Source: Steroidobacteraceae bacterium
GTDB lineage: Bacteria > Pseudomonadota > Gammaproteobacteria > Steroidobacterales > Steroidobacteraceae
Direction: 5' to 3'
Length of the DNA: 64,000 nucleotides
Assembly (NCBI GenBank): GCA_035487155.1
Contig: DATHMK010000015.1
Coordinates: 67,840-131,839 of the forward strand
The notes under the pieces: model-generated
What the model was told of the DNA's origin: nothing
The model's database searches: none
Seen by the model: the letters and a program-made list of their open reading frames with translations, nothing else
Shown here: positions 20,591 to 32,149 of the stretch, in pieces
Layout: each line of letters starts with the position of its first letter
How positions within the stretch are numbered: position 1 is the first letter of the stretch
Position numbers and translations under genes: made by a program

Positions 20591-21475
20591 CTAGATTTCC
20601 CGGCGCCGGCGTATGACATGCACCGGAATGTGCACCTCACCGCCAATGGCCGGCATGGCGGGGCGCCCGAGCGCGCCCCAGGCCGCACCGTAGACCACCT
20701 CGTAGGTCGCGGGCAGCAGCCCCGCCTGGCGCAAAGTCTCATAGGCCTCGGTCATCGCCCGCCAGCGGCCCTTGCCGGTCAGACCGCGGCTGCGCGCCGC
20801 GGTGGCGTTGCGCGCGCCGATGACCTTCAGGTCGCGGCTGATTGCCGCAACGTCCGGATAGACCAGGGTCAGGCGCTCCACGTCCATCACCGGCTCGGCC
20901 AGGCCGGCGCGGGTCACGGCGTCCCCGATGTCATGCATGTCGCGAAAGCCGCTGACATGCGTGCCGCCATCGGCCGCCGCCCAGGCCTGGCGCAGCTCCC
21001 GCAGCGTATCCGGGCCGAAGGTGCTGAAGGCAAAGAAGCCCCCTGGGGCAAGAACGCGGCGAACCTCGCGCAAGGCGCCGTCAAGGTCATCACACCACTG
21101 CAGCATCAGATTGCTGAACATCAGCTCGACCGCACCGTCCCTGAAGGGCAGCTGGTAGACATCGGCGCACACCCGCTGCAGCGGACGCAGCCAGCCGCCG
21201 CGGCGCCTGGCTTCGCGCAGCATGCCGGGCGCCAGGTCCAGCCCGATCACGCTCGCCGCGCGGTAACGGTCCTTCAGAGCACGGGTGCCGAGCCCGGTAC
21301 CGCAGCCCAGGTCGACCACCACCTGCGGTGCCAGGCGTATCAGGTCCAGCCGCGACAGCAGCTCCTCGCGCACGCGAGTCTGCACCACCGCGGCCGCATC
21401 GTAGGTGGCGCTGGCGCGCTCGAAGTGCGCCCGTACCGCACGGCGATCGAGGATGAAGGGATCAGGCGGCTGCAT
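20591..21475 (-). CDS. bioC: Malonyl-ACP O-methyltransferase
   Basis: Starts at [25 protein letters not shown] motif I VVDLGCGTGLGT. Lies between bioF and bioD. Confidence 0.8.
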   Translation of the reverse strand: MQPPDPFILDRRAVRAHFERASATYDAAAVVQTRVREELLSRLDLIRLAPQVVVDLGCGTGLGTRALKDRYRAASVIGLDLAPGMLREARRRGGWLRPLQRVCADVYQLPFRDGAVELMFSNLMLQWCDDLDGALREVRRVLAPGGFFAFSTFGPDTLRELRQAWAAADGGTHVSGFRDMHDIGDAVTRAGLAEPVMDVERLTLVYPDVAAISRDLKVIGARNATAARSRGLTGKGRWRAMTEAYETLRQAGLLPATYEVVYGAAWGALGRPAMPAIGGEVHIPVHVIRRRREI

Positions 21476-22661
21476 GGGGCAGGTCCGGCGTCGTGCGCAG
21501 CGCCTGGTCGAGCGCCTCAAGCAGGGCATCCACCTGCTGTTCGGTGTGTGAGGCGCACAGCGTGATGCGCAGCCGCGCCGACCCCCTGGGCACCGTGGGC
21601 GGGCGGATTGCGGCCACCCATAACCCGCTCGCGAACAGCTGCTCGCTCACCGCCAGCGTGCGCGCGCTCGATCCCAGTACCACCGGCTGAATCGGCGTGA
21701 TCGACGGCAGCAGCGGTATCGCCAACTGCGCGGCGCCGTGGCGCAGGCGCGCGACCAGTTCGAGCAGCCGTTCGCGCCGCCAGGGCTCCGCGGCCGTCAC
21801 GGCCAGCGCCGCGCGCGCGGCGGCGGCGACCGGCTGCGGCAGCGCCGTGGTGTAGAGGTAGCTGCGCGCCGTCTGCAACAGCCACTCGATGTAGTCCTCC
21901 TGCGCCGCGACGAAGGCGCCGAAGCAGCCGAACGCCTTGCCCAGGGTGCCGACCAGGATTGGCACCGCCTGAGGGTCGAGACCGAAATGCTCCAGGCAGC
22001 CGCGGCCGGTCGCACCCATCACGCCCAGGCCATGGGCGTCATCGACGATGAGACAGGCATTCTCCGCTGCGGCCTGCTGCGCCAGTTGCGGCAGCGGCGC
22101 CAGATCTCCGTCCATGCTGAACACGCCATCGGTCACCAGCAGATCTGCGCCCTGGCTCTCGCCGGCGCGCAACATCACAGCGGCGGCGGCGCAATCAGCG
22201 TGCGCATAGCGCTTCAGGCGCGCGCCCGACAGTCGCGCGGCATCGATCAGCGAGGCATGGCACAGGCGATCCATGACCACCCGCCCATCGCGCTCCGCCA
22301 GGCAGGTGATGGCGGCGAGGTTGGCCATGTAGCCCGTCGAGAACAGCAGCGCGCGCGCCCGTCCGGTGAAGTGCGCCAGCGCCTGTTCCAGCCTTTCATG
22401 CTCAATGCCGTGGCCGCTGACCAGGTGCGAGGCGCCGCTGCCGGCGCCGGCGACGGCCGCGCATTGGCTCATCGCCAGCGCCAGCGCCGGATGGGAGGCC
22501 AGGCCCAGATAGTCGTTGCCGCAGAAATTGACCAGTCGGCGGCCATCCACCACAACGGCCGGCCCGGCGCCGGACTGGAGCGCCGTGACGGTGCGCCGCC
22601 GGCGCTGCAGGTGCTGTGCCGCCAGCTGCGACAGCCGCGCCCGCAGTGCCGCGGGCTTCAT
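21462..22661 (-). CDS. bioF: 8-amino-7-oxononanoate synthase
   Basis: Starts at [10 protein letters not shown] (ATGA overlap with the bioB stop). PLP-enzyme motifs DDAHGLG and TLGKAFG. Confidence 0.9.
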   Translation of the reverse strand: MKPAALRARLSQLAAQHLQRRRRTVTALQSGAGPAVVVDGRRLVNFCGNDYLGLASHPALALAMSQCAAVAGAGSGASHLVSGHGIEHERLEQALAHFTGRARALLFSTGYMANLAAITCLAERDGRVVMDRLCHASLIDAARLSGARLKRYAHADCAAAAVMLRAGESQGADLLVTDGVFSMDGDLAPLPQLAQQAAAENACLIVDDAHGLGVMGATGRGCLEHFGLDPQAVPILVGTLGKAFGCFGAFVAAQEDYIEWLLQTARSYLYTTALPQPVAAAARAALAVTAAEPWRRERLLELVARLRHGAAQLAIPLLPSITPIQPVVLGSSARTLAVSEQLFASGLWVAAIRPPTVPRGSARLRITLCASHTEQQVDALLEALDQALRTTPDLPHAAA

Positions 22662-23659
22662 GCGGCAACGTGCTGGTGCACGGGTGTCAGCGGCGGCGCT
22701 TCGGCGGTCAGACCCAGGCGCACCAGCAGCTCGCGGTCCTTTTCGACATCCGGATTGCCGGTGGTGAGCAGCTTCTCGCCGTAGAAGATGGAGTTGGCGC
22801 CGGCCATGAAGCACAACGCCTGCATCTCATCGCTCATTTGGGTCCGCCCCGCCGACAGGCGCACATGGGAGCGCGGCAGAACGAGGCGCGCCACGGCAAT
22901 GGTGCGGATGAAATCGAAGGGATCCACCGCCGCCACGCCATGCAGCGGCGTACCGGGTACCTGGACCAGCTCATTGATGGGCACGCTCTCCGGGTGCTGC
23001 GGCAATCCGGCAAGGGTGGCCAGCATGGAGGCGCGGTCGCGCGTGGATTCGCCCATGCCGACGATGCCGCCGCAGCACACCTTCAGGCCCGCCGCGCGCA
23101 CCGCCGACAAGGTGTCCAGACGGTCCTGGAAGGTACGGGTGGTGATGATCTCCCCGTAGAACTCCGGGGAGGTGTCGAGGTTGTGGTTGTAGAAGTCCAG
23201 CCCCGCGTCCTTCAACTGCCGGGCCTGTGCAGGCTCCAGCATCCCCAGGGTGGCGCAGCTCTCCAGGCCCAGCGCGCGAACCTCGCGGACCATGGCGCAG
23301 ATGACCTCGAGGTCGCGCGCCTTGGGCGAGCGATAGGCCGCGCCCATGCAGAACCGGGTCGCCCCGGCCGCCTTGGCGCGCTCGGCACTTTCCTTCACCG
23401 CGGCGACTTCCATCAGCGCTTCGCGTGACAGGCCGGTATCGTAGCGGACGCTTTGCGGGCAGTAGGCGCAGTCCTCGGGGCAGGCGCCGGTCTTGATCGA
23501 CAGCAGCGTGCTCATCTGCACCGTGTTGGGCGTGAAATGCTGGCGGTGGACGCGCTGCGCCTCCAGCAGCAGATCCATGAAGGGTTGGGCGAACAGCCCC
23601 TCGATCTCGGCCACGGTCCAGTCATGTCGGGGGGCGCTGTGCATCGTCGGTTCCTGCAT
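22658..23659 (-). CDS. bioB: Biotin synthase (radical SAM)
   Basis: [11 protein letters not shown] CxxxCxxC motif, plus [12 protein letters not shown] and a BioB-like N-terminus. Alternative ATG at 23644. Confidence 0.95.
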   Translation of the reverse strand: MQEPTMHSAPRHDWTVAEIEGLFAQPFMDLLLEAQRVHRQHFTPNTVQMSTLLSIKTGACPEDCAYCPQSVRYDTGLSREALMEVAAVKESAERAKAAGATRFCMGAAYRSPKARDLEVICAMVREVRALGLESCATLGMLEPAQARQLKDAGLDFYNHNLDTSPEFYGEIITTRTFQDRLDTLSAVRAAGLKVCCGGIVGMGESTRDRASMLATLAGLPQHPESVPINELVQVPGTPLHGVAAVDPFDFIRTIAVARLVLPRSHVRLSAGRTQMSDEMQALCFMAGANSIFYGEKLLTTGNPDVEKDRELLVRLGLTAEAPPLTPVHQHVAA

Positions 23660-23705
23660 ACCTTTGGTTTTGACGCCAGGGCATGTTCCGGGGCGCCCCG
23701 GTCCG

Positions 23706-23736
23706 TGTCAACCGCAAGCCTGCCAATGGGGTGACA
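23706..23736. promoter_or_regulatory. Candidate BirA-type operator (imperfect inverted repeat) upstream of bioB
   Basis: TGTCAACC-N15-GGGTGACA. The half-sites match as inverted repeats in 7 of 8 positions. Located about 50-90 nt upstream of the bioB start in the bioB/oxygenase divergent region. Confidence 0.3.
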
Positions 23737-23828
23737 ATTGGTGTTTTTTTGACCACGGGTGCTTTGAATCCGGGGGCCGCGCATTGGGGGTATGATCCGC
23801 GGGTTTTTCCTTCACGAGGAAGTCCGAC

Positions 23829-25418
23829 ATGAGCCGCAAGCCACCCAGCAGCGAAGACTCCAGCTCACCCGGTTCCCTGAGCCGTCGCAGTTTCATGGGT
23901 GCGGTGGCCGGTGCCGGCGCAGGCGCCGCGGCCGGAATCGGCGGCCTGGTAATGCCCGACAGTGCCCGGGCCGAGGTGCTGTTCCCCAAGGACCGTAGCG
24001 GTTTCGGCGGCGGCGGCAGCGCCATGGGCGCCGTCTACCGCTCTGAAAATGACCTGTACGACTGCGAAGTCGACGGCACGCTGCCGAAGGACCTGGACGG
24101 CATCTTCTTTCGTGTCGGGCCGGATCCGCAGTACCCGAAGCCTGAAATTTACGCGCACGACATCCCCTTCGATGGCGAGGGCATGGTCGGTGCCTTCCGC
24201 ATCAAGGACGGGCATGTGGATTTTCGCAGCCGCTACGTGCGCACCCAGCGCTACAAGGCGCAGCACGAGGCGCGCCGCTCGCTGTTCGGCATGTACCGCA
24301 ATCCGACCACGGATGACCCGAGCGTCAAGGACCTCAGCCGCGGTACCGCCAACACCCAGATCTTCTATCACCACAATCTGCTGCTGGCGATGAAGGAAGA
24401 CAGCCCGCCCGTGGCGCTCAATCCCCTGACCCTCGAAACCATCGATGACTACTACACCTTCAATGGCGGCCTGAAGGGCCGGACCTTCACCGCGCATCCC
24501 AAGGTTGACCCGCACACCGGGGAACTGGTCGCCTTTGGCTATGAGGCCAAGGGACTGGCCACGGATGATGTGTTCGTGTTCTCCGCCGATCCCAAAGGCG
24601 CGGTGAACTGGTCGGCATGGATCAAGGTGCCCTATGCGGGAATGATCCACGACTTCGGCGTGACGCAGCAGTACGTGATCTTCTACGTGAGCCCCATGGC
24701 CACGAACCTGGAGATCATCAAGAACGGCGGCCCGCATTTCGCATGGGACTCCACCCTGCCGACCTGGCTGGGCATCATGCGGCGTGGCGGTGACGGCACC
24801 GACCTGCGCTGGTTCAAGGGCCCCGGCTACATGGCTACGCACACCATGGGCGCGTGGAACGAGGGGCAGAAGATCTACTTCGACGTTGATGGGGCCGATT
24901 CCAACCAGTTCCCGTTCTTCCCGCAGCTGCACGAGAAGTTCGATCCGGTGAAGGCCGCCGGCCGGGTCATGCGTTACAGCGTGAATCTCGCCAACCGCAG
25001 GCAGACCAGCTACGAGATCGAGAACATGTACGCCGGCGTCAGCGGGGCGCTGTCGCGCCAGGATGATCGCTACCACACGGTGCCCTATCGCTATGGCTTC
25101 CTGCTCAGCAGCGATCCGGCGGTCGGCAGCCGCTGGGCCATGTTCGATCACATGACCCGCACCGCGAAATTCTTCTCGCTGGGGAAGGAAGCGAGCCTTG
25201 CGGAGATGTGCTTCGTGCCGCGACACAAAGGTGCCGCGGAGGGCGATGGCTACCTGATCGGCGTGGCCTCACACCCGCGCGAAGGCGGGCGTGCGGACCT
25301 GGTGCTGGTGGATACGCAGCATCTGGAGGACGGCCCGGTGGCAACCGTCAAGCTGCCCTACCGGATCGCCGGACAGATTCACGGCTTCTGGGTGCCCGGG
25401 GATCAGCTGCCCGCGTAG
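23829..25418 (+). CDS. Carotenoid/stilbene cleavage oxygenase family protein (RPE65/CCD fold) with twin-arginine signal
   Basis: N-terminus SLSRRSFMGAVAGAGAGAAAG is Tat-like. Family motifs FTAHPKVDP, MIHDFGVT, THTMGAW and QIHGFWVP. Confidence 0.83.
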   Translation: MSRKPPSSEDSSSPGSLSRRSFMGAVAGAGAGAAAGIGGLVMPDSARAEVLFPKDRSGFGGGGSAMGAVYRSENDLYDCEVDGTLPKDLDGIFFRVGPDPQYPKPEIYAHDIPFDGEGMVGAFRIKDGHVDFRSRYVRTQRYKAQHEARRSLFGMYRNPTTDDPSVKDLSRGTANTQIFYHHNLLLAMKEDSPPVALNPLTLETIDDYYTFNGGLKGRTFTAHPKVDPHTGELVAFGYEAKGLATDDVFVFSADPKGAVNWSAWIKVPYAGMIHDFGVTQQYVIFYVSPMATNLEIIKNGGPHFAWDSTLPTWLGIMRRGGDGTDLRWFKGPGYMATHTMGAWNEGQKIYFDVDGADSNQFPFFPQLHEKFDPVKAAGRVMRYSVNLANRRQTSYEIENMYAGVSGALSRQDDRYHTVPYRYGFLLSSDPAVGSRWAMFDHMTRTAKFFSLGKEASLAEMCFVPRHKGAAEGDGYLIGVASHPREGGRADLVLVDTQHLEDGPVATVKLPYRIAGQIHGFWVPGDQLPA

Positions 25419-26365
25419 AGGTACTGCAGCAGGATGCCGGCGAAGATCGCCACGCCGGTGTAATTGTTGTTCTGGAACGCCTGCAGGCTGGCATTCGGAT
25501 CGCGATCGCGTATCAGCCACTGCTGGTAGCTGAAGGTTGCGGCGGCCACGACCAGGCCGCCGTAGAACCAGGCACCGAAGTGCAGGGTGCGGCCCACCAG
25601 TGCCAGCGCCGCCAGCATCAGCACCTGCAGGATGCCGAGCATGGCCCGGTCCATGTCGGCGAAGGCGATGGCCGTGGAGTGCACGCCGACCTTCAAGTCA
25701 TCCTCGCGATCCACCATGGCGTATTGCGTGTCGTAGATCACCGCCCACACCACCGCGGCCATGAATACCAGCCAGGCGATTCGCGGCACCTGACCGCTCT
25801 GGGCGGCAAAGGCCATGGGCACGCCCCAGCCGCCGAAGGAAATCCCCAGATACAGCTGCGGCAGCGGAAAGAAACGCTTCACGAAGGGATAGCTCACGGT
25901 GAGCGCGGCGCCCACCACAGACAGACGCAAGGTGAGCGCATCCAGCTGCAGAACCAGGCACAGCGCCGCCGCGCACAGCAGCACGAACAGCACCAGGGCC
26001 TCGTACGGGGTGACGCGGCGTGCCGCCAGCGGCCGCTGCCGCGTGCGCCGGATGCGCGGATCGATGTTGCGGTCGGCCAGATCGTTGATGACGCAGCCGG
26101 CGGTGCGCATGATGAAAACGCCCAGCACGAAAACGATGAGCACCCGGGGCGCAGGGTGACCTGAACCGGCGATCCACATTGCCCACAGCACCGGCCACAG
26201 CAGCAGCCAGATGCCGATGGGACGATCGAACCGCGCCAGCAGCGCGTATTCGTGGAGCCTGCGACCCAGGCGATAGGAAATCGGCGCCGTCCTGGGTCGT
26301 GGCACCAGCTCCAGCGGGTTCGCACCAAGGTTTTCAGCCAACGGTTCCGTAGCGTTCACCCTCAC
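25403..26365 (-). CDS. ubiA: 4-hydroxybenzoate polyprenyltransferase
   Basis: ARFDRPIGIWLLLWP and the NDLADRNID aspartate-rich motif. The GTG start overlaps the recG end, so the true start may be further downstream. Confidence 0.85.
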   Translation of the reverse strand: MRVNATEPLAENLGANPLELVPRPRTAPISYRLGRRLHEYALLARFDRPIGIWLLLWPVLWAMWIAGSGHPAPRVLIVFVLGVFIMRTAGCVINDLADRNIDPRIRRTRQRPLAARRVTPYEALVLFVLLCAAALCLVLQLDALTLRLSVVGAALTVSYPFVKRFFPLPQLYLGISFGGWGVPMAFAAQSGQVPRIAWLVFMAAVVWAVIYDTQYAMVDREDDLKVGVHSTAIAFADMDRAMLGILQVLMLAALALVGRTLHFGAWFYGGLVVAAATFSYQQWLIRDRDPNASLQAFQNNNYTGVAIFAGILLQYLYAGS

Positions 26366-28418
26366 CGATCCAGCGTGCAGTCAGCGGCGTAATGTTATCC
26401 GGATAATCGCGCAGCATCAGCTCGGCGGTCTTCTGTACCAGCGGCAGCAGGTCGGTGTCGCGCGCCAGGTCCGCGACCCGCAGCTGCGCCAATCCGGTCT
26501 GACGGGTACCGAGCAGCTCTCCGGGTCCGCGCAATTCCAGATCGCGCCGCGCGATCTCGAAGCCATCGGTGGTTTCGCGGATGGTATGCAGCCGCGCGCG
26601 CGCCAGTTGCGACAGCGGTGCGCGATACAGCAGCACGCAGGTGGAAGCGGCAGCGCCGCGACCGACGCGGCCGCGCAGCTGGTGCAGCTGCGCCAGGCCC
26701 ATGCGTTCGGCATTCTCGATGACCATGAGCGTGGCATTGGGAACATCCACTCCCACCTCGATCACCGTGGTGGCCACCAGCAGCTGCACGCGATTGGCCT
26801 TGAAGGCCGCCATGGTCGCCTCCTTGCGGGCGGCCGGCTGCCGTCCATGCACCAGCTCCACCGTCAGTTCCGGCAGCGCCTCGCGCAAGGCCGCCGCGGT
26901 TTCCTCCGCCGCCTGGTAGCGCAGCTCCTCGGACTCATCGATCAGCGGACACACCCAGTAGGCCTGGCGCCCGGCGCGACAGGCCAGCAGGATGCGCTCG
27001 ACCACCTCGTGACGGCGCTGCTCCGCCATCACCACGGTCACCACCGGCGTGCGGCCCGGTGGCAGCTCATCGATGACCGAGATGTCCAGGTCCGCATAGG
27101 CAGTCATGGCCAGGGTGCGTGGAATCGGAGTCGCGGTCATGATCAGCTGATGTGGCATGACTCCGGCGGCGCGACCCTTCTCCTGCAAAGTCATGCGCTG
27201 CTCGACCCCGAAACGGTGCTGCTCATCCACGACGATCAGGGCCAGTTTCGCAAAATTGATTCCCTTTTGAAACAATGCATGCGTTCCAACGACGATCTGG
27301 ATCTCACCTGAGGCAATAGCCTCCTCGGCACTGCGCCGGGTGCGCGCGGGCTGCGACCCGGTCAAAAGCGCCACGGGCAGGTTCAAGGTCTTGAACCAGC
27401 CACTGAGGCTGCGCCAATGCTGCTCGGCCAGAAGCTCCGTCGGGGCCATCAGCGCCACCTGCTGACCGCTGCCGATGGCGCGCGCGGCCGCCAGCGCCGC
27501 GACCACGGTCTTGCCGCAGCCGACATCGCCTTGCAGAAGCCGCAGCATCGGATGCCGGCCCATGAGATCGGCGTCGATTTCGGCGCAGGCGCGCTGTTGC
27601 GCGCCGGTGAGCCGGAACGGCAGAGCCGCGAGCAGCCGTGCCACCAGGCCCTCATGGTCCTCCAGCGGCAGGCCCGGGTCGGCCGCGGTGCGCAGCTTGC
27701 GCAGCCGCAGACTCAACTGGTGTGCCAGCAGCTCCTCGAAGGCGAGCCGGCGCTGCGCCGGGTGATGCCCGGTCAGAAGCTGCGTGTGGTCCTGCTCGCG
27801 CGGTGGCCTATGCAACAGCTCCAGGGCATCGCGCAGCGCCGGCAGTTTCAAGGAGCGCTGCACGTCGGCGGGCAGCCAGTCGCGCACCGCAATCGCGTTT
27901 CCGGCTTCACCCAGTGCCTGGGCGATCAGCATGCGCAGGCGCGGCTGGGTCAGGCCCTCGGTGGCCGGATACATCGGCGTCAGGGATTCCGCCAGCGCCT
28001 CCTGATCCGGGTTTGCCCGGCGGTATTCCGGGTGCACCATCTCCAGGCCCAGCGGGCCGCGGCGCACTTCGCCATAGCAGCGCAGGCGCAGCCCGCGGGC
28101 CATGGCGTTGTGCTGCACCGTGGTGAAGTAGAAGAAGCGCAGCGTCAGGAATCCTGAGCCGTCGCTGATCCGGCACAGCAGCTGGCGGCGTCGGCGGTAG
28201 GTCACTTCGGTGAGCTGTATCTCGCCTTCCACCACGGCGTGCTCGCCCGGTTTCAGCGCCCCGAGCGGCACTATGCGCGTGCGATCCTCGTAGCGGGTCG
28301 GCAGCAGGAACAGCAGGTCCTGCACCCGGGTGATGCCGAGTTTCGCGAGGCGCTCGGCGAGGGCGGCGCCGACGCCCCTGAGGGAGGTGACCGGGCGCTG
28401 TTCGGCGGCCTCACTCAA
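26334..28418 (-). CDS. recG: ATP-dependent DNA helicase RecG
   Basis: 694 aa with a wedge domain, Walker [12 protein letters not shown], and DEQHRFG. Confidence 0.95.
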   Translation of the reverse strand: MSEAAEQRPVTSLRGVGAALAERLAKLGITRVQDLLFLLPTRYEDRTRIVPLGALKPGEHAVVEGEIQLTEVTYRRRRQLLCRISDGSGFLTLRFFYFTTVQHNAMARGLRLRCYGEVRRGPLGLEMVHPEYRRANPDQEALAESLTPMYPATEGLTQPRLRMLIAQALGEAGNAIAVRDWLPADVQRSLKLPALRDALELLHRPPREQDHTQLLTGHHPAQRRLAFEELLAHQLSLRLRKLRTAADPGLPLEDHEGLVARLLAALPFRLTGAQQRACAEIDADLMGRHPMLRLLQGDVGCGKTVVAALAAARAIGSGQQVALMAPTELLAEQHWRSLSGWFKTLNLPVALLTGSQPARTRRSAEEAIASGEIQIVVGTHALFQKGINFAKLALIVVDEQHRFGVEQRMTLQEKGRAAGVMPHQLIMTATPIPRTLAMTAYADLDISVIDELPPGRTPVVTVVMAEQRRHEVVERILLACRAGRQAYWVCPLIDESEELRYQAAEETAAALREALPELTVELVHGRQPAARKEATMAAFKANRVQLLVATTVIEVGVDVPNATLMVIENAERMGLAQLHQLRGRVGRGAAASTCVLLYRAPLSQLARARLHTIRETTDGFEIARRDLELRGPGELLGTRQTGLAQLRVADLARDTDLLPLVQKTAELMLRDYPDNITPLTARWIGEGERYGTVG

Positions 28419-28794
28419 GGCAGAGGATGCACTCGATTTCCACGCGCGCGCCGCGGGGCAGCTGCGCGACGCCCACGGCGGCCCGCGCCGGGTAGGGCTG
28501 CCGGAAATACGTCGCCATGACCTCGTTGACCTTGGGGAAGTGCACCAGGTCGGTCAGGAACACCGTGACCTTGGCGACCTGCGAGAAGGTGCCGTCCGCG
28601 GCCGTCACGATCGCCAGGAGATTGTCGAAGGCGCGGCGGATCTCCGCTTCGATATCGCCGCTGACCAGTTCGCCGCTGCGCGGATCCAGCGGAATCTGGC
28701 CCGACACATAGACCGTCTTGCCCACGCGTACGGCCTGCGAATAGGTGCCGATGGCCTTGGGTGCGCTGTCGGTGTGGATGATGGTGTGGCTCAT
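28411..28794 (-). CDS. ridA: RidA/YjgF family reactive-intermediate deaminase
   Basis: 127 aa. [12 protein letters not shown]...[11 protein letters not shown] and a C-terminal ARVEIECI-type motif. Confidence 0.9.
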   Translation of the reverse strand: MSHTIIHTDSAPKAIGTYSQAVRVGKTVYVSGQIPLDPRSGELVSGDIEAEIRRAFDNLLAIVTAADGTFSQVAKVTVFLTDLVHFPKVNEVMATYFRQPYPARAAVGVAQLPRGARVEIECILCLE

Positions 28795-30989
28795 GATTTG
28801 TCTTCCGGGCGCTTGCGTGAATGGGCCGCCAGGGTGCGTGTGACGCGCAGTATGTCAGGCATGCGGCGGATGGTGCGGATGACGACGGCCAGCTGCGCGC
28901 GGTCGCGCACCCGCAGTTCGAAGTCCAGCACCGAGCTTTCCGATTCGCGTTCCTCCACCGATACCCGCTCGATATTGGTTTCGGTGGCGGCAATCGCCGC
29001 CGCCACGGCGGCGAGTATGCCCATGCGGTTGGGCACATCGACCCGTATCTGCGAGCTGAAGACCCGCTCGTGGGTGGCCTGCCAGGAGACCGGCAGCCAT
29101 TTTTCAGGGTGTTTGCGATAGTCCTCGACGTTGACGCAGGCCTCACGATGCACGACCACGCCGCGGCCGCTGGACAGAAAGGCGATCACCGGGTCGTTGG
29201 GAATGGGGAAACAACAGCGCGCATAGGTGACCAGCAGCCCCTCGGTTCCGGCGATGGCCATGGCCCCGGGTGCAACGACCTCAGCGCCGGCTTCCTGTGG
29301 TGCCGCGGGCAACAGGCGCCGGCCCACCAGCGGCGCCAGCCGCTCGCCCATGCCGATACGCTCGAACAGCTCGTCGATATCCTTCATGCCGAACTCGGCG
29401 ACGGCCGCCTGCATCAGTGCCGGCGTGACATCCTCCAGGGCGAGATGGAATTCCCCGAGCGACTGGTTCAGCAGGCGCTTCCCCAGGGCGATGGCCTCGG
29501 AGCGGCGCAGGCCCTTGAGGTAGTGACGGATGGCATTGCGCGCCTTGGCGGTGACCACGAAGTTCACCCAGGAGGGATTGGGCATGGCGCCCTTCGCAGT
29601 GATGATCTCAACCGTCTGGCCGTTGCGCAGCACCGTGCGCAGCGGCGTCAGGCGCCGGTCCACCTTGGCCGCCACACAGCGGTTGCCGATGTCGGTGTGC
29701 ACCGAGTAGGCGAAGTCGACCACGGTGGCGCCACTGGGCAGGCGCAGGATTTCGCCCTTGGGCGTGAACACGTACACCTTGTCCGGGAACAGGTCGACCT
29801 TGACGCTCTCCAGGAACTCCTCGGAGCTGCTGCCGCCGTCCTGCAGTTCCACCAGCCGCGACAGCCATTCGCGCGCGCGTTCCTGCTGCGAGGAGCCGAC
29901 GCTTTCCCCGGTCTTGTAGCGCCAATGCGCGGCGATGCCGCTTTGCGCCACGCTGTTCATGTCCTCGGTGCGGATCTGCACTTCGATGGGGACGCCATTG
30001 GGGCCGAACAGCGTCGTGTGCAGCGACTGGTAGCCATTCACCCGCGGAATGGCGATGTAATCCTTGAACCGTCCCGGCATGGGCTTGAAGACGCTGTGCA
30101 CGCTGCCCAGGGCGCGATAGCAGGTGTCGGCCCGGTCGACCACGATCCGCAGTCCATAGACGTCCACTATTTCATTGAGCGTGGAGCGCTTGCGCTGCAT
30201 CTTGCGGTAGATGCTGTACAGGTGCTTCTCGCGCGCCGCGACCCTGGCGGCGATCTCGTTCTTCATCAGCGCCGCGGTCAGCTGCTGCTCGATCTTCTTC
30301 AGGAACTCCTTCTGATTGCCGCGGGCGCGCTTGAGCGCACGCTCCAGCACCCGATAGCGCTGCGGATACAGGGCCGCGAACCCCAGGTCCTCCAGTTCCA
30401 GTTTCAGGTCGTACAGGCCGAGGCGTTCGGCGATCGGCGCATAGATTTCAAGTGTCTCGCGGGCGATGGCGCGGCGCCGGGGCACGGCCATGGCCTCGAT
30501 GGTGCGCATGTTGTGGGTGCGGTCGGCGAGCTTGACCAGCACCACGCGCAGGTCGCGCACCATGGCGAGCAGCATCTTGCGGAAGCTTTCCGCCTGGGCC
30601 TCCTCGCGGCTCTTGAACTTGATCTGGTCGAGCTTGGTGACACCGTCGACGATTTCGGCGACATCGGCACCGAAGCGCTGGGCCAGCTGGTCCTTCGGGG
30701 TGGGCGTGTCCTCGATGACGTCATGGAGGATGGCCGCGATGATGGTATCGGTGTCCAGGTGCAGCTCGGCGAGAATCGCCGCCGCGGCCACCGGATGGGC
30801 GATGAAGGGTTCGCCGCTCAGACGGGTCTGGCCCTTGTGCGCCGAGGCACCAAACTCGGCAGCCTCCCGGATCCGCTCCACCTGCTCGGGCGGCAGGTAG
30901 GTGCCCACCGTGGCCAGCAGATCCTTAAGCCCCGGCGTGGCGCGCCTTGCACCGGGGATCAGTCCCAGGAGCGAAGACGCATAGTCCAT
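28791..30989 (-). CDS. spoT: Bifunctional (p)ppGpp synthetase/hydrolase
   Basis: HD hydrolase motif LHDVIEDT, synthetase motif [19 protein letters not shown], and TGS and ACT regions. Lies in the rpoZ-spoT context. Confidence 0.93.
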   Translation of the reverse strand: MDYASSLLGLIPGARRATPGLKDLLATVGTYLPPEQVERIREAAEFGASAHKGQTRLSGEPFIAHPVAAAAILAELHLDTDTIIAAILHDVIEDTPTPKDQLAQRFGADVAEIVDGVTKLDQIKFKSREEAQAESFRKMLLAMVRDLRVVLVKLADRTHNMRTIEAMAVPRRRAIARETLEIYAPIAERLGLYDLKLELEDLGFAALYPQRYRVLERALKRARGNQKEFLKKIEQQLTAALMKNEIAARVAAREKHLYSIYRKMQRKRSTLNEIVDVYGLRIVVDRADTCYRALGSVHSVFKPMPGRFKDYIAIPRVNGYQSLHTTLFGPNGVPIEVQIRTEDMNSVAQSGIAAHWRYKTGESVGSSQQERAREWLSRLVELQDGGSSSEEFLESVKVDLFPDKVYVFTPKGEILRLPSGATVVDFAYSVHTDIGNRCVAAKVDRRLTPLRTVLRNGQTVEIITAKGAMPNPSWVNFVVTAKARNAIRHYLKGLRRSEAIALGKRLLNQSLGEFHLALEDVTPALMQAAVAEFGMKDIDELFERIGMGERLAPLVGRRLLPAAPQEAGAEVVAPGAMAIAGTEGLLVTYARCCFPIPNDPVIAFLSSGRGVVVHREACVNVEDYRKHPEKWLPVSWQATHERVFSSQIRVDVPNRMGILAAVAAAIAATETNIERVSVEERESESSVLDFELRVRDRAQLAVVIRTIRRMPDILRVTRTLAAHSRKRPEDKS

Positions 30990-31005
30990 AGTTCACGCCT
31001 CGGAG

Positions 31006-31284
31006 TCAGTCTCCAAGACCGAATTGGGGGGCTCGGAATGCCATGGATTCGGCATCCGGCATGGGGGCCTCGACCGGCGGCGGCTCCGGTTCGCGCAGCA
31101 TCTCGGCCGTGATCGAGCCTTCGGCTATTTCGCGCAGGGCCACAACCGTGGGCTTGTCGTTTTCCCAGGGTACGGTGGGCTCGGCGCCATTGGCCAGGCG
31201 TCGGGCACGCTGGGAGGCCAGCAGCACGAGCTGGAACAGGTTATCCACGTTCTGTAGACAGTCTTCGACGGTGATTCGGGCCAT
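31006..31284 (-). CDS. rpoZ: RNA polymerase omega subunit
   Basis: [30 protein letters not shown]. Confidence 0.95.
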   Translation of the reverse strand: MARITVEDCLQNVDNLFQLVLLASQRARRLANGAEPTVPWENDKPTVVALREIAEGSITAEMLREPEPPPVEAPMPDAESMAFRAPQFGLGD

Positions 31285-31373
31285 ATCCTGCTGACTTTGG
31301 TGATGACCGCCGCAACGGGCGGGTAGAGGTTCAGAAGTCTACGGCAACCCGACCCGCTTTGGCCAGACCGGCG

Positions 31374-32015
31374 TTACGGGGCTCCCAGCAGGTCCGTGAG
31401 CAGCGGTTCGAGCTCCGGGCGATCGCTGGTGAGCGCCTGGCCGGTGCCCGCCAGGATGCTTTCAAGCTGCCGGCAGGCGGTATCGAAATCGTCATTGACC
31501 ACCACATAGCCGAACTCGTGGTAGTGGGACATGTCGCCGACGGCGTCCTGCAGGCGTCGCGCGATCACGGCGTCGGAATCCGTCTGTCGGTTGCGCAGCC
31601 GTTCCTCAAGCGCGGCGCGTGAGGGCGGCAGAATGAAAATGGTGGTGCATCCGGGTGCGGACTGACGAACCTGGCGCGCACCCTGCCAGTCGATCTCCAG
31701 GATCACATCGCGTCCCGCGGCCAGCAGCGCTTCGACCGTCGCGCGGCCGGTGCCATAGAAGTTGTCAAACACGCGGGCGTGTTCCAGAAACTCACCGCGC
31801 GCCAGATGCTCCTGGAACTGCGCGGTCGTTACGAACCAATACTCGCGACCCGCCACTTCATTGGCCCGCTTCGGACGCGTGGTGTGCGACACGGAAACGG
31901 TCAGCGCCGGATTGCGTTCCAGCAGGGCCTTCACCAGCGAGGTTTTGCCCGCGCCCGAGGGTGCTGAAATCACAAACAGACCGCCGGAGCGCAAGCTCTG
32001 TTTCCCGGGAGTCAT
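31374..32015 (-). CDS. gmk: Guanylate kinase
   Basis: P-loop ISAPSGAGKTSL. Starts at the ATG for MTPGKQ...; the track start at 32033 is a GTG six codons upstream. Confidence 0.93.
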   Translation of the reverse strand: MTPGKQSLRSGGLFVISAPSGAGKTSLVKALLERNPALTVSVSHTTRPKRANEVAGREYWFVTTAQFQEHLARGEFLEHARVFDNFYGTGRATVEALLAAGRDVILEIDWQGARQVRQSAPGCTTIFILPPSRAALEERLRNRQTDSDAVIARRLQDAVGDMSHYHEFGYVVVNDDFDTACRQLESILAGTGQALTSDRPELEPLLTDLLGAP

Positions 32016-32149
32016 GACTGCATGCTGCTGCACCCCGACATTGTATCCAAACCGCGGTTTTTAGCTTTTATCTGTATTGCGCCAATGTGTCCGAGTCCTC
32101 ATTCTGGCGCAGCCTGGCTTTCAGGTCGCCGACCTAAGGAAAATCACCA

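Noticed and set aside
23688-23701. Perfect 14-nt palindrome CCGGGGCGCCCCGG, considered as a terminator.
   Set aside because: It lies in a divergent promoter region (bioB on the minus strand, oxygenase on the plus strand), where no transcript should terminate. It is more likely incidental GC-rich symmetry or a protein-binding site, and is mentioned under the bio operon finding.
32034-32149. Possible cobalamin or other riboswitch, or a Fur box, upstream of the second TonB receptor. I also checked 42198-42353, upstream of the B12-type radical SAM cluster.
   Set aside because: The leaders are only about 116 and 156 nt long. I could not find a B12-box-like element or a 19-bp Fur-type palindrome. 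The short CCGGG-GGCGG-CCCGG hairpin after trxC is weak and has no U-tract.
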